A program made the translations under genes and the position numbers. Of a stretch of 64,000 nt of DNA, positions 1 through 13,379 are shown piece by piece. The DNA comes from Vicugna vicugna (taxonomy: Eukaryota): the NCBI GenBank assembly GCA_013265495.1, contig MU058337.1:746001-810000 (forward strand), given 5' to 3'. The notes below the pieces were generated by a model that was not told the DNA's origin, made no database searches, and saw only the letters and a list, made by a program, of their open reading frames with translations. How positions within the stretch are numbered: the first letter of the stretch is position 1; the number at the start of each line of letters is the position of its first letter.

Positions 1-293
1 CAGTTCAATACCCTTTATGTTACCTCTATTATTTATAAGAACAAAAGCTCTGGAAAGAAAGAATTTTCATGAATATGAGATGGATAGTTTCAGCTGAACC
101 TTAATATACACACCAAAACTCATGCATTTTCAGTCTTTATTATGTAAAGACAGGTTTGGAATGAGTGATGATGTGGGAGATGAGGTGCTAAATAGAATAC
201 ACTGTAGAAGTTTCCCAAATCTTGTACCAAAAGCGTAATTTAAACTGTCTCTGCCTAATCCACCTTGTCTACGTGTACCAGAGAGCCATGAGT

Positions 294-332
294 ATGTGTG
301 CATGTGTGTGTGCATGTGCATGTGTGTGTGTG
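294..332. repeat. Interrupted (TG)n/(TGCA) microsatellite
   Basis: Reads atgtgtgcatgtgtgtgtgcatgtgcatgtgtgtgtgtg directly in the sequence. Confidence 0.9.
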
Positions 333-1184
333 GTCACCCACGTCTCCAGGCATGAAGGCAGTAACATGCTGCTTTATGCTGGTGTCTTTGATCTTAAGTA
401 GACCTTTTTAGGGACTGACCTGAAGAATCTGTTTGTTCATGTTGTCCACAAGAACACTTCTAATATTCTCGGAGGGCAAATATGAAAAGGAGCTCCTCTC
501 AATATATGCAAAATATCATTAAAGTTTATCTCAATTTAAATATAGAAGAAAGTATCTCAAGCAAATGCCAAATTGAGACAGAACAAATAGAGTCACACGC
601 CTAGAAAAGCAAACCACCATTGCCACTTCAAGTGATGTGAGTTGACTTCAGAAGTTCAGCTGCTTAAAAGAACAGGCACAATGTCTTTCCCTGAGATAAG
701 TATAACAGTGGGCTTATTGCCAATTTGAAAAACAAAGCAATACGCAGAAAGGGAAATTGCCCATTCCTATGAGGAGGCACCTAAACTTCTGTAGAGAATG
801 TGACTAGCATGGTTATCCTCCTGATGAGATTGACAGAGACCTTCGTATCATCAGGCACCTGCTACCTTGTATTTGCCAAGGTGTTTTCTCTTGGATCACT
901 GCTTCCCTGATTGCCTTCAAAGCCTGACCTCTTACACATTACGTGTGCACACACACCCCCCTGCCCCTCCCACATGCACATGCAGGCACTGCCACTCCCA
1001 CAGGCTGAGTTTTAGCAGTTTCCAGCCCACAGTCTTTAATAATATTACTCATTTTGTTTATTAGCTAAGTAGCTACTAGCTAAATGTCTACACTGAAGTC
1101 CCAGCAATACCCAGAAAATACGCAGAAAAGCAGATGGTGCACTTTGCCATTAAGGGGAGAAGGGCAGAACAGAGTGGCAGGCAG

Positions 1185-1194
1185 GTCACGTGAC
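1185..1194. promoter_or_regulatory. Perfect palindromic E-box GTCACGTGAC (CLEAR/USF/BHLHE40-type motif)
   Basis: Exact 10-bp palindrome. Motif match only; function untested. Confidence 0.3.
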
Positions 1195-1942
1195 TGTCTG
1201 GGAGTGGGCTCTTCATCTTCTGTGTGTTGAAATGGGCTTAGTTCTTCGAGACTTCATTTTCCGGTTATTTGGGATTGTTCTGTGTTTTCTCTCACACACT
1301 ACTCGTGGTCATGGATGATGCATATAACAACTGTCTCAGCCTGGACATGTTGATCAGTTTTGCATGTATCTTCTTAAATAGTGATTATTGGGGAAATATG
1401 GCAATGAGAAAACATGCCTTAGAAATGTGCCTATTCTTCCTTATATAAAAATAAAATTGGCCATGGTAACACACTTAGTACCAACTATTTTGGGTTGTCG
1501 TGACATGGAGTCAGTGAAGATGATAGAAAGCAAAAAAATCCAGGCAATGAGAGAAAAACTTCTCTCAGAGATCTAAACTATGGCCGTTTTTAGTGAATCC
1601 ACAGGAAATAGGAGAAACCTCCTTCAGGCAATGTTAATATACTAAAGTTTGTGGACAAGAGAGGAGCAATGCCTTGAATTTGTTCTTATTGTTTAGATTG
1701 TTTTGTGCAAGAGTAATTTTTCTTAGAGCCACAGTGTGTTCTCATTATGTCCTAGATTCAATGTATTCCAATTAAAAGCGAACATTTTTCGTAACCCTGG
1801 TTACGAACAAAGAGACAGTTTGAAAAATACTATGATGCAATTCTGGTTGAAAACGCAGAAGGATTTCTGTTCACCTAACTGTGACATACTACACTTTAGG
1901 GACGTGGGTGACTATCATGGCAGCTCCAGTGTTCCTGGAATG

Positions 1943-1963
1943 GTGTGTGTGTGTGTGTGTGTG
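1943..1963. repeat. (GT)10 microsatellite
   Basis: Direct reading of the sequence. Confidence 0.95.
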
Positions 1964-2333
1964 AAAATGATAACAGGCTAATTATTCTCTGGATCATCTA
2001 CGATTTTAAACAATATGATGGTAAAAGGTAATGACCTATGGCCTCAGAGTTCATGGAGAGTATAATGCATACTTTTTTTTTTGCCAAGATTTTCTAACTT
2101 CCAACAGAGTTGCCATTGGGAAAACACCATTTCAACCTATTCTTTAAGGGAAAACAACAATATTAATTTGCTTTTATTTTTTAATTTATAAGGATAATTA
2201 CCATGGTAGAATTTTGGCTCACTGTTTTTCATCCATTCTTGCTCTCATAAATTTAATTCTAATGGCTAGAAACATTTTTAGGATTATTTTAAAGGCAGTA
2301 AATGTAAGATACTTTGATAACAGGTTAGCAGAA

Positions 2334-2419
2334 GACACACACACACAGACACAGAAAAAGAGAGGGAGAGAGAGAGAAGGAAAAAAGGAATAGGGAGGGG
2401 GAAGAGAGGGAGGGGTGGG
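2334..2419 (+). repeat. Compound low-complexity tract: (AC)n, then (AG)n purine run, then G-runs (G4-capable)
   Basis: G-runs at 2393-95, 2397-2401, 2408-10, 2412-15 and 2417-19 follow a near-pure purine tract. Confidence 0.75.
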
Positions 2420-2477
2420 TATTATTAATGCCACTAAGTTACTGACTATATATTTCACTACTCAAATTCATGCAAAT

Positions 2478-3480
2478 AATTCATTTATTCATTACTCATG
2501 AATTAGCTCATCCACTGTTTATTGAATGTCTAATTTCCTAAGCAATAAAGGGATAGAATGTTCAGAGGAGAACTGACATAGTGAGACTTGGCACTTTTGC
2601 TCTGTCTTGCTGACAGCCACGTGGAAGACAGCACAGAACCAGGATCTGGAGACCACTTAGAGGTGTGAGAGATGAAGGTGCATGGGAGGTGGGGTGGTGA
2701 GAACGGGCTGGCTTGTAGAAACATTTAGGAGTAAGCAATTAATTAAATATTGCAGGAGAGTAGGGAAGGAGTCAAGGTGGACTGCCATTTCTAGAAGCAT
2801 TGACTTTGCAATGCCTCTAAGGAGAGAAAGCTTAGGAAGAACACATGCTGAGTCTTCGATGGCCATACTGTGCCTGAGGTGTGCACCTGGTAGTTGGATA
2901 CAACACCCAAATCTCAGAACCTCAGAGGGCTGGTCTGAGGTTAGTGATGTGAGGACATCAACTTGCAGGTGAGGGCTGAAATCAAGAGAGAACGTGGGAC
3001 CTTCAGATAAAATGTAGAGTCAGCAGAGAAGAGGAAGAGTGGAACCCATCAGAAAACCAGCATTTAGGGGTGTGCAGAGGGAGAGTCAGCACTACAAATC
3101 TAGGGGACAGATCAGGTCTGATCAAAGGCCAGATTGGTATCACCCCTGGTATATTTCCACCAGGTCTGATGAGGAAAGGAGACTTGCATTTGTGAGAGAA
3201 CAGAGTGGAAAAGTCAACCATGGAGGAAAATAAAAGCAGAATATCATGAATTAAATGCTAATGTGTTGTCATAAAAGCCAAGCAGGTAGTGAGTTTCAAG
3301 AAGATTGACAATATCAAATGCAGAAGGCAGGCTACTTAAAATCAAATCTGCAGTGTCTGTTTCAGGGTAGTTGGCTTAAAAGACCACTTTCAGCCCAATT
3401 TCAGTGAATTGGAGAGGAAGGGGAAGGACTCAGATTGATAGTTTTGAGAAACTTGGAAATGAAGACCAAGATGGATGAAT
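2478..3480 (-). mobile_element. Degraded L2 LINE fragments
   Basis: Reverse L2 3' end (attcatttattcatt...tttattgaatgtct) followed by purine-rich L2-like segments (ggaaggagtcaagg, gtagttggatac...tcagagg). Confidence 0.6.
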
Positions 3481-3512
3481 AGATCACCACCAGAAAGTCA
3501 AGATAAAGTCAG

Positions 3513-3865
3513 TGCCTTAGTCTGTTCCAGCAGCTATGCCATAATACCAGACTGAGTGCCTTATAGACAACAGAAATTTATTTTTCACAGTTCTAGAGGC
3601 TGGAAGTCCAATATCAAGGTGCCAGCATGGTTAGAGGAGAGATCTCGTCCAGGCTGCAGGCTGCTTGTCGCACCCTCACATGGCAGAATAGCTGAGGGAG
3701 TGCTCTGGGGCCCCTTTTACAAAAGGTCACTAATCCCATTCATGAGGGCTCCACCCTCATGACCCAACCACATCCGAGAGCTTCCATCCCCCAATACCAT
3801 CACCTTTAGGGGTTAGGACTTCAACTTATGAATTTTGGGAGCACATAAACATTTAGATCATCGCA
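3513..3865 (-). mobile_element. ERVL-MaLR solo LTR, MLT1A-like
   Basis: TG...CA termini, ~350 bp. Hallmark segments cagaaatttatttttcacagttctagaggctggaagtcca and tcccattcatgagggctccaccctcatgac. 5-bp TSD-like flanks gtcag (3508-12) and gtcat (3866-70). Confidence 0.9.
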
Positions 3866-6800
3866 GTCATTTTTGTTTTAGAATGAGAGAGTTTTATTTA
3901 AATGTAAAATTGTCCTATTATCTGATGATATGAAGCTCAATATTCTTGAGCTTCTATTCCCTGCCATGTACTCTTCAAATACTGTTGTAAAGATTAAATA
4001 TATTTTAAAAGACTTTGTATAGAACCTGACCATGGTAGTCTCTAAACCAATGCAATTTCCAAATTCTGGTTTGTTTTTTTTTTCCGAGTGGAAACATAAC
4101 AGAGGCAATCTGAATCTGGTCTTTGATCATACTGATTTTTTTCTTGATCTGTAGTGATGACATTGAACAGTCATTTTACTGTTATTCAAGGTGTCATGGT
4201 GTGTGATTGCAAGCAAATAATGTGTGTTCCCCAAATATATCACTTAGCATCACTGGAACTCAGTGTTAGCATTGGCTGAATGGCATAAAGGACAGAGTGA
4301 TAGAAGTGGTCTTAGGTCTCTCCCAGTTCTGAAATTGTCTGTGATCATAACTTCTCAATAGGGTTATCATCTATTAACTGAATTTATGAAACACTGTTTT
4401 GCTTCTATGGGATGTTGTAGTGACTAGACAATAATGACCTGATTCTCTCCTAAACTGAATTCAATAAACATTTTTCAATACATGCTACATCTCAAGCATT
4501 ATAATAAATTCTGAGATTAAAAAGTAATCATAAAAATAATGGAAGCTTGGACACACACATGTACACATACACACAAATATCCTTTTTTTTATCAGAAAGA
4601 AATGGGATCTTTTATTCATAGTTGACATTGAATAAAAGAGCTGGAAAGTGAAATCTTTGCATTTGATTAGGTAGATATTTGAAATTATAGGGGAAATGTT
4701 AATTATCTATACTTGAGTATCCCTAGGGCTATAGGATCTCTGTCCATTTTCAGAAGTAGCAGAAATAAGAATTCTTCATTTAGGTTGACTGTTGGGGAAA
4801 AATGTTCAGACCAGTTTAATTTTTAGAAACAATTTTATCAAATGTTTTAATTTATTTAAATTCCCCTGTGTTTTTGAAAAGATTTGATACTGAGTCAGTC
4901 AAGAAGGTTGTTTTCTATACTTGGTTTCTCTCAGAATGAAGCAGGTAGTATCTACAATTCTAAAACTCCAAAAGGTGGAAGAAAAGGAAAACATGGCTTT
5001 CTTTTTTCCATTAAACTAGTGGGAAGAGAGAGAAAATCAAGCAAACCTAAAACAGTTACACTTCAGTCGTTTGGAATTAAAGTCACCCTGTAATAAAAGT
5101 TAAAAATAACATGAATATGAATTACTTCTTACATTGCATCTGGCATTTATTGAATGTGTGATACAGTGAGTAAAAGTGCTCTGGTCAATTTTTACATTCG
5201 CACGCTGTCACTCATCTAAAAGGTAGCTTCTAGTGTATTTTCAGGTATTTTCATCAGTCTGAAATCTGAAACAACACTCATGCTCTAAGCCTGTTATGTT
5301 ACAGGGTAGATGTTAAACGTGGTCACTCAGATGAGAATTGCTATTCATGTGTCATTCCACTTACTCAGGCTGTGGGAGGGGAGGGTCTCCGGAAATTTCC
5401 ATCCATACCTCACCTCCTTCATTTCCATCTACACTCACTTGACAGCTTCCTCTGCGTATTCATCGTCAAGCACAGCTTTATTAGGAAGTTTTGGTTATAT
5501 AAAAAATACTTGGAAACCACTGACACATGGAATTATCCTGGTGGGAATTCTGTTGCTACTCTCATTCTTACTCACCCCAGTGAGCCTTTGACTCACTGAT
5601 CGGTCTCTTTCCTCTTTACTGTTTCTCACTTCACATTTACATGTTCCTTCTGTTGGTAAATTTTATAATAGTCTTTATAAACTCGACAGCTGAGTCTGTG
5701 ATAGTTTTACAAGACTGACCCAAGCCCTAAGACCTCATAGTCCATCTACCAGCTCGAGCTGAGGTATAGGGTTTCCCGGGGTGTCAGTAGCAGCGCTTCA
5801 CAGACTGAGTCAGTGGAAGGTGGGGGCTGCGATGGGGCCAGGGGAGTCATCAAAACTGCGCATGAAGAAGGCACCTGCTCCTTGAAGTGCTTACTGTGGC
5901 AAGACAGATACAGCCGAGGTTCTGACTCACATGCCAGTTTAAAGTGGTGCCCATCTACTGCCACCAAAAGACAGGTTAGAGAAATTCACAAGTGATGGGC
6001 GTGTTAACAGATATAGAAAGGAGTTAGGAACGGTTGGGGCTGGTTCCTATCCTCTGAGAAGGACTCTACCGCTTTTAAATAACAACTTGTTCCTTTGTTC
6101 ATAATGTTTCTTGGTGTCACCAAATATGTAAACTGTTCAGTTATACACCAGAAAGATACTTTTTGTTCTTATGAGTAATAGAAGTGAGGATGGTTTATTC
6201 ATTGTATAATTAGTAGTCTGTAATTCAAACAGCTTTATTTTCTTTCAACCAATGAACAGTTTATTCAGCACATAATATTTAAAGCAATAAAATGCCAGAC
6301 AATACAACCAAATACCCCGAATGTCATACATCACACTGTTTTTTTTCTAAACAACTCTGAAATATTGTGGAAATTTAAAGGTTAATGAGCTCATTTCTGT
6401 TTCTTAGAAGAAAAAAATCATAAAAATAAAACTTTCACATGCCTGATGTTGACCATTGTAAATTTTGTGGAATTGTTACTCATCAGTTAAAAATTTAGAA
6501 TCATTTTATTTGTTTTTACGTAACAAATACAGATTAAACATTTTCTAAGTGTACAATGATTGGTATTTTTCATGATAAGAATATTTGTCACAACAAATAC
6601 TTGCAGCTATTATCATTATAACCTTGGTATATCTCTAGCGTCTTTGTTGTCAGTGGAGGACAAGAATAGCAAGGAAATTTGATCCCAATCAAGTAAAACA
6701 CTAAGGAATATTAGCCTATTAACTAATGGAAGTGGTAAAAGTACCGAGGAGGCTTCCATCCCCTCTTTCAGCTGAGATGTGAGTGATGCAGCTTGGCCAG

Positions 6801-9800
6801 ATATGTAATCTGTTTGGTCATCCTGCCTGATGTTACAAGCTTTAGCCAATTTTGAAAGCCCAAACACAGCATATAATCACTGCCTCAGGAGAATTTCCAA
6901 AAATCAAGCAATCAAAGAAGAAACTAGTTTACCAGATAATCTACTTCCTTAATCAGTATCTAATTATACATGGACTGTTGTGTTTTGGAAATACTATACT
7001 TTAATGTTTCATTTCACAATTGCAGCCTAATTACACAGATTTCATAGAAATTTATATTAAATGTTGTGAAAACTATGCAATAGCAAATGTACTCTAATAA
7101 CATTAACTTAATGTTTAGGAGCAAACACCAGTTATTTTCTACACTACAGGAAAAAAAGTCTTGGAGAGATCATTTATCCTCAAGAGCCATTCATAATTAC
7201 TTGAATATTAAAGCAAATTCATAAAGTAAAAATTCAAAACTTCCAAAAACTTAACTAAATATGCCATTGATTCAGTGCGCTGGTAAAATCACAAAATGTT
7301 TCAAGAATTATTTCCCTAAATGAATTTATTATAGTAGAAAGTATTTTAGTTGCTATTTAGTAAAAAACCACCAAAATTCAGACAGTTGAAATTTGTTTTT
7401 GGCTTCTCTTGTAACCTTGAAATGTAACCAGAATTTTAATGGGGATGAAAATAATACATGTAAATTCATCTTCATCTTGATTTTTCTGACAACTCCTAGT
7501 GAGCCAGTAGTCTTAAAAATGTTAAAAGGCAGAAAAAGGAAAGATTGGAGATAAACAATAATTTGAATAATTCACAAATTGACATTTGATTGTTACTTCT
7601 TGAGAATTCACCATATACAATACCACAAAAAAATGAGAAAAACCGTGAACAAAAATCATGTTCCAAACCATCTTGGCAGTAACCTGTTTGCTATTTTCTG
7701 TTCTGAATATTTTAGGCAAATTTTCAATTAAAATGGATTGTAATTAAATTATTTGGGTGCAGAAATGTGCCTTAGCCTTTGATTAAGCTGATCATTTCAG
7801 CATTTCAAATGATTAATCTATTTCTTAAAATGACATCAAGTTGTAATATTGCCATTTATGGAGTTTCACATGTTCTCGATGCATTTAAAGATCTGGCTTT
7901 CCTTCTCTTTTTTTATTACGCTGGGAGAATATGACTGATTCAGTTTTATACATATGCAGAATGCCTTCAACATGGTGCCAAGTATACCCTATTCAGGAAA
8001 AAAAAACAAAAAATAAAAAGGACATTTCTTTTTCTGCAGCAGCCAAAATTATGCAGATGTAGAAATTAAAAATCCTAAGACTCCTTGCCAGAAATGGCTC
8101 AAGGAAAATTTATTTATGCTGTTTTTCCTTTTCCATTCACAAATAACAGGTTTATAAATTCCAAAACAGCCTTCATCAAAACAATATGATGGACAAAGTG
8201 GTTCCTTGTGACGCCGTTCTCTCTCCCACTTGTGCCCAGACCATCGTATCTTGGGCCCCTTTTTCATGCCCAATTGTTTGGGACCTGTCTTCTCTTTCCA
8301 GGTGTGCTTAATCGGTTCAGGTATGTAGGGGGCTTTCCCTGTGGACAACATCCAAGGCTGTCTTGGCCATGTTTCTCAACTCACTCTTTCCAGACCCTGC
8401 AACATATCCTGTATCACGTTGCATCTAGTCAGAGACTCAAAATTGCCTAAGGTGATTTGGGCCATTAATTTATTTGATAAACTAATTTCTGTTGAAGCTC
8501 TTTGGACCTTAATTATCAGCTAAAATGTGTATATGTCAACAGTGGCCCACCACGAGCACTCTGCTTTTGGAATCTCTGGGAAGACATCACTGCGAGAGAA
8601 GAGATCCACTTTATGTGGGCACAGTGGGAACAGCCCGCCGTGGGCGGACCGCGGTGGCTGGATTAAATACGTCTCTGGGAATAAAGTCTCTTATTAAAGC
8701 AAGCAAGAAACATCTGTATAAGCCGTTCAGTCATTCACGTATTTTTTCAACCATCTTACTGTGCAGGCCCGGAGGATGCAGGAGGAGGTGCAGACCTGTG
8801 TATCCTCGGGTGGTTTACAGTCTAGCAGGGACGCGCTCAGAGACAGAAATCTGTGCAGTGTCCGCTGTACCCACCCCCAGCCCAACGGAAAGTGAAAACA
8901 AGGAGAGCAATCACGCTGTTGGTAACAAGGGTGAAAGTTACACTCGAGTGTGGGGTAGGCGTCCTACCCATGCCTTCTATTCACCCCCGAGCAAAGTTCA
9001 GAGGAGTCTGGACTCTCAGGGTGCCATTCTGTTCACTTTTTACCACCTTGGCAGGCCGTTTCCCCTCGTATCAGATGCAAATACATCACTTCTTTAGATC
9101 CACTTATAACACTGCCTGCTTTTTAAATCCATTCTTACTCCCTCTCTCTTCTCATCCCCCCTCTGCCCAGGTACAACAGATCGAACTGAGCCTCGGGCAA
9201 CAATTACCATCTCAGAAGCGACATTTATATTTGCAGTAGTATTTTATCTGCAGAGAAACAGGGATTAAAAAACAAAACACAATTGAAATAGGGAAGAATT
9301 ACCCTGAAAGGTATAGCTCAGAAGTGTATATACTTTGTAAGTTGGTAAACTGATCTTCCTAAGAGACTGGGTATGGTTTATTGCACCGCATCACTCTTCA
9401 GACTTCTGCGTCTAAGGCATCCATACATGGCTGGGAAAGCACCTCGATCCTTGTAATTCATCTATAGACACCTTTGTCGGTCCTGTGGAATGTCCATGTC
9501 TCCCTCACACTCCTCCTTCCTCTCAGAGCCGTCGCGGAAGCACGGTAACTTTCTGCAGCTCTAGTGATCTGGAAACTGCATTAACACCCTGAGCATAGCT
9601 CTAAGTAGCGCTAGAATTCAGATCCAGGAGCAAGAAAAGGTTACTCATGAGCGCTGGTTCCAAAAGCGTGATGTGGTGAAGGCTTCTTTTTTCGAGTGAA
9701 GAGTCTCACGAGTTTAATCCATTCTACCGCTAACTCACGGCTTCATAGAAGTGTCTTGGAACTCTAGATGAAGCACGGCAGACACACGAAGCGGCATGTT

Positions 9801-11469
9801 TCTCCTTCTACCTTGACGCCTTAGTCCTCTCTCTCTATTTCCCAACCATTTCCCTTCTCTAAACACAAACTTTAGACTCAGGGGTAACCAAGGCAGAATG
9901 TTGGGAGTAGTAGAATGGACAAATGGTGGCATTTTGGTGGTGCGGTAATCCCTTGGACAGTATTCCTTACATGTGTCTTTGCTGTTTGCTCTAATGCATT
10001 TTATAAACTCATCTGTGGCAAAAATCTACTTAGGAGAACCATGAGTAAAGTTATGATCTCTGAGTGATGGCTTCCTGCAATACATCCCTAAAAGGCAAGT
10101 TTAATAGCCTCCTTCCCATAAATAGATAAATTCAATCATTTATTTAAATAACCAACAAAATAACTGGAAATGGACCCATAACATACCGCTATTCTAGGGG
10201 CGTGTTGGAGTGATGGCGTTCAGTCTCTGGAGTCACAGGAAACTGAAGACCCCTATGCCATTCAAACTTCACATACTTTGAGCCGCATCGACCACCAGGA
10301 TGCTCGTTCATAAATGATGGTTAGGCTACATCTGTTGGTGCTTTGCTCTCTAATAACCATTCTGTGCACTTGGTAGGATGGTTGTCGGCCCCACGTTATA
10401 AATGAGGGAAGTGAGGTGAGGGCTCCATGAAGCTGCATACGCAAGCCAGCTCGTCTCTGCAGCGCTTTCCCCAGAGCAGGACAGTTGCGCCAGTGCCTGG
10501 AGCTGCCTTCCCTGTCCTGCCTTCCTCTCCGTCACACGCAGCCTTCTATACTCAGCAAGTGTAAGATGAATGTGATTGCTTGACTACATTTTGTCACCTG
10601 CTGAGGTGACAGGCATTCTTCCAGGGCTTAAGTTTTCACTTTGGCTGGCTTGGAGTCCCCACTTTGAATCCTGTCTCTGTCACAGGCAACTGTTCCAGTG
10701 CTGAACATATGGTCAAAAGTAATTAAATACATACATCGTGTGAAATTTCAGAGAATTGATATTTTCCCTCCAACAGAAAGGATTTCAGGAAATGAGTGAT
10801 TAAATTAATGAAATGCTATACTGTGTGTTTATGAGGTCGGTGTGTGGTGATAGCAGGGGAAAAAAAAACACGAAGAGCGTTGCTTTGTTGTTTGTAGGGT
10901 TTTGCTTTTATTGTCCCCAACTACGATCTGAGAACAGATGGCAAAGGCTGTCAGCTGGGTTGCGCGGCCCCAGCGAGCAGGAAGTAGGTGATGATGAATG
11001 GCTGGTAATTTCCCTTCGTGCAGCCGCTGTACAGACGGCTCTGCCGGAAAGAATGGATGCTGGGCTAGGACATCCTCCGTGGAATCTTGTCCAATACTTT
11101 GATTTTTTCTCATAAGAAAAGCAAACGCAGAAATCTTGGTCTTCTCTTTGTAATATCTTCAGAATGCTCACAATAATTTGTTTTCTCCTGCAACAGAATT
11201 ATCAGCCTTATCTAAGAAATGAAACCTCATATTTCTTGCGAGATTAGTTGGATTTTTCTTCGCCCCGTAAGCCACTGGATTTACCGAATACTTCCTGTTT
11301 GCCCGCCTTTGAGATACTGGCCAGAACTGGTTTGTCCCTTTGGTCAAAGGTTTGGCTGAGCAATTTCCCAAGCTGATTTTCAGGTGAACAAATGGAAGAG
11401 ATTCTTTATTTGATTTATTTAAACAACTGGTTATTAAGAATCTATTTTGAAAGGATATTGGTGTCTAAT

Positions 11470-11700
11470 ATAATAGAAAAGGCAAGTCTCTGAAATCAGA
11501 TTAAGCCTGAATTGCAGTTTTATCATATGGTATCTGTGTGTCCATTGTCAGTAACTTTACCTTCCTGGGCCTCTGTTAATCATCTGCAAAATGAAAAAAA
11601 AAAATCACTCCCCAGGCTACTGGGAGGATAAGTTATTTTTAATTATTTAAGGAAGCCAGCGCTGTATAGTAGCTAGTAGACATTTAAGAAAAGGTAGCCT
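11470..11700 (+). mobile_element. MIR SINE
   Basis: Core-like ctgggcctctgttaatcatctgcaaaatg...ggctactgggaggataag. Confidence 0.65.
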
Positions 11701-13379
11701 GATATTAAGTAGAGTGACCGCTGTAATAATAATGATAATAATAGCAATCTCAGGAATACAATGTAGCGAAGAAAAAGGCATCAGATTGGGAGGAACATGA
11801 GAACCACCCAGCCTGTGGGCGTCAAGTGCAGCCACACAGGATGCAGAGATGTTCCATTTGAACAGCTCTGGAAATGAGGGTGAGACTTACCAGCTATCAG
11901 AAACGGACTTCTCCATTTATCACAAGTGAAACATACAAACAAACTAAAAACGGGTGGCAGCTCCCTTAGTATTTCTGTTCGGTTTAATGTTACTTACCTC
12001 AGTGATAAAGAATGAGAACCATTTTGATACTTGACATTCCCTCAAGAAGCAATCATTCAAAAGCCTCTTCTAAGTGCTGGTTTTATTTGACATACTGATC
12101 ACTGCTTCTTTGAGGCTTAATTTATGGTGTTAAATTGCAAGTATGAACTGATAAATGAATGCATAAAAAACGAGTTCTTCAAATTCTTGGAAGAAAATAT
12201 CTCATTTCCTTAAACAGCCTTGCATTAAAATGCTTCCAATGATCTTACTTTGTAAGTATCTTACATACAAGTGGTAGCTTTGGACTATCTGACATTGAAA
12301 ATCACAGTTCCTATGAAATCTCTGAAATGCCTCTGGTATATGTATAATTTTCTTATGCATCTGATACATACTAATCTTGTATTTATGTGACTGACTCTCT
12401 TGTCCCATGTGTCATTCATTCAAGAAAATACATGTATTTCTTTCAGAAACAGGAAAGGAAGAGTTGTCCATTGGCTAGCCCATAGGTTATCGCACATCTT
12501 TAAACTTTATTTATTTATTTATTTGTAAATTAAAACCGTAGGTTCAGGTTCTGGGTACTTGGACCTTTTAGAATGGAACCTGTGTTCCATATGGTCCTTA
12601 AGCCTCATCACTATGCACTCTCTTATGATGGGTTGTGGAATATTGAGGGAACGTTTTTGTTGTTAGGATTAAGGCAGAGTTAACCTCTCTTCTTCACTAG
12701 GAGTCAGAGGGGGAGACAATGAGGGGAGGAGAGAAACACCCAGAGGCCGGAAAAAGGCCGCATTAGCGAGCAGGGGCAGTGGAAGGTTGCAGTGTGTTTC
12801 AGAGGACAGGAGCTCTTAGGAACACATTGCTTTGAAATATGATAACAGCCAGGTCTTTGCACCGCTGTAAAATGTATATACACACGAAATTCTGTGTACA
12901 GTTTCTGGACATTCATGTACTTCCTGAACTGTTCATCATTAATGTCAGACTAAGAACGCTGAGTTTCTTTAAGTAAAAGAATGTTAACAGTCGTACATAC
13001 TAACTGGTGAGTTATTAACTTCAGGCTAAAACAATTTGTTTATTCCCAAATGTACATGTTTTAAAACTAGACCTAAAATGGCCACTGTGGCCATTTAAAA
13101 ATGATCATTTTAATGGATCACTTTTGCTGTATTTTATCATCACTGGGCACAAAACCAATAGGCTGGAAATATTTATTTTATGGAAACTGAGATCATGTAA
13201 GTTTTACAGAATTATACTTCATAATTTATAATTGATCTGAAGTAAAATATAATAGGGAAAAAAGTTCTATTTATTTGATGATATAAAAGTACTAAGACTA
13301 TCACTTGAAAATGCATTTGGTAAAATATATGTACAAATCCTAAAGATTGAGAAGTATATCATAAAAGTGATTCTTGCAA

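Noticed and set aside
3740..3762. 9-bp hairpin TCATGAGGG/CCCTCATGA
   Set aside because: Intrinsic feature of the MLT1A LTR.
8525..9097. 190-aa ORF
   Set aside because: No recognisable protein similarity or exon structure; consistent with chance.
11197..11390. Plus-strand acceptor (ttttctcctgcaacag) as a coding exon start
   Set aside because: All three frames hit stop codons within about 50 nt.
11998..12147. Minus-strand exon with perfect donor GAG|GTAAGT
   Set aside because: Stop codons in all three frames; no coding support.
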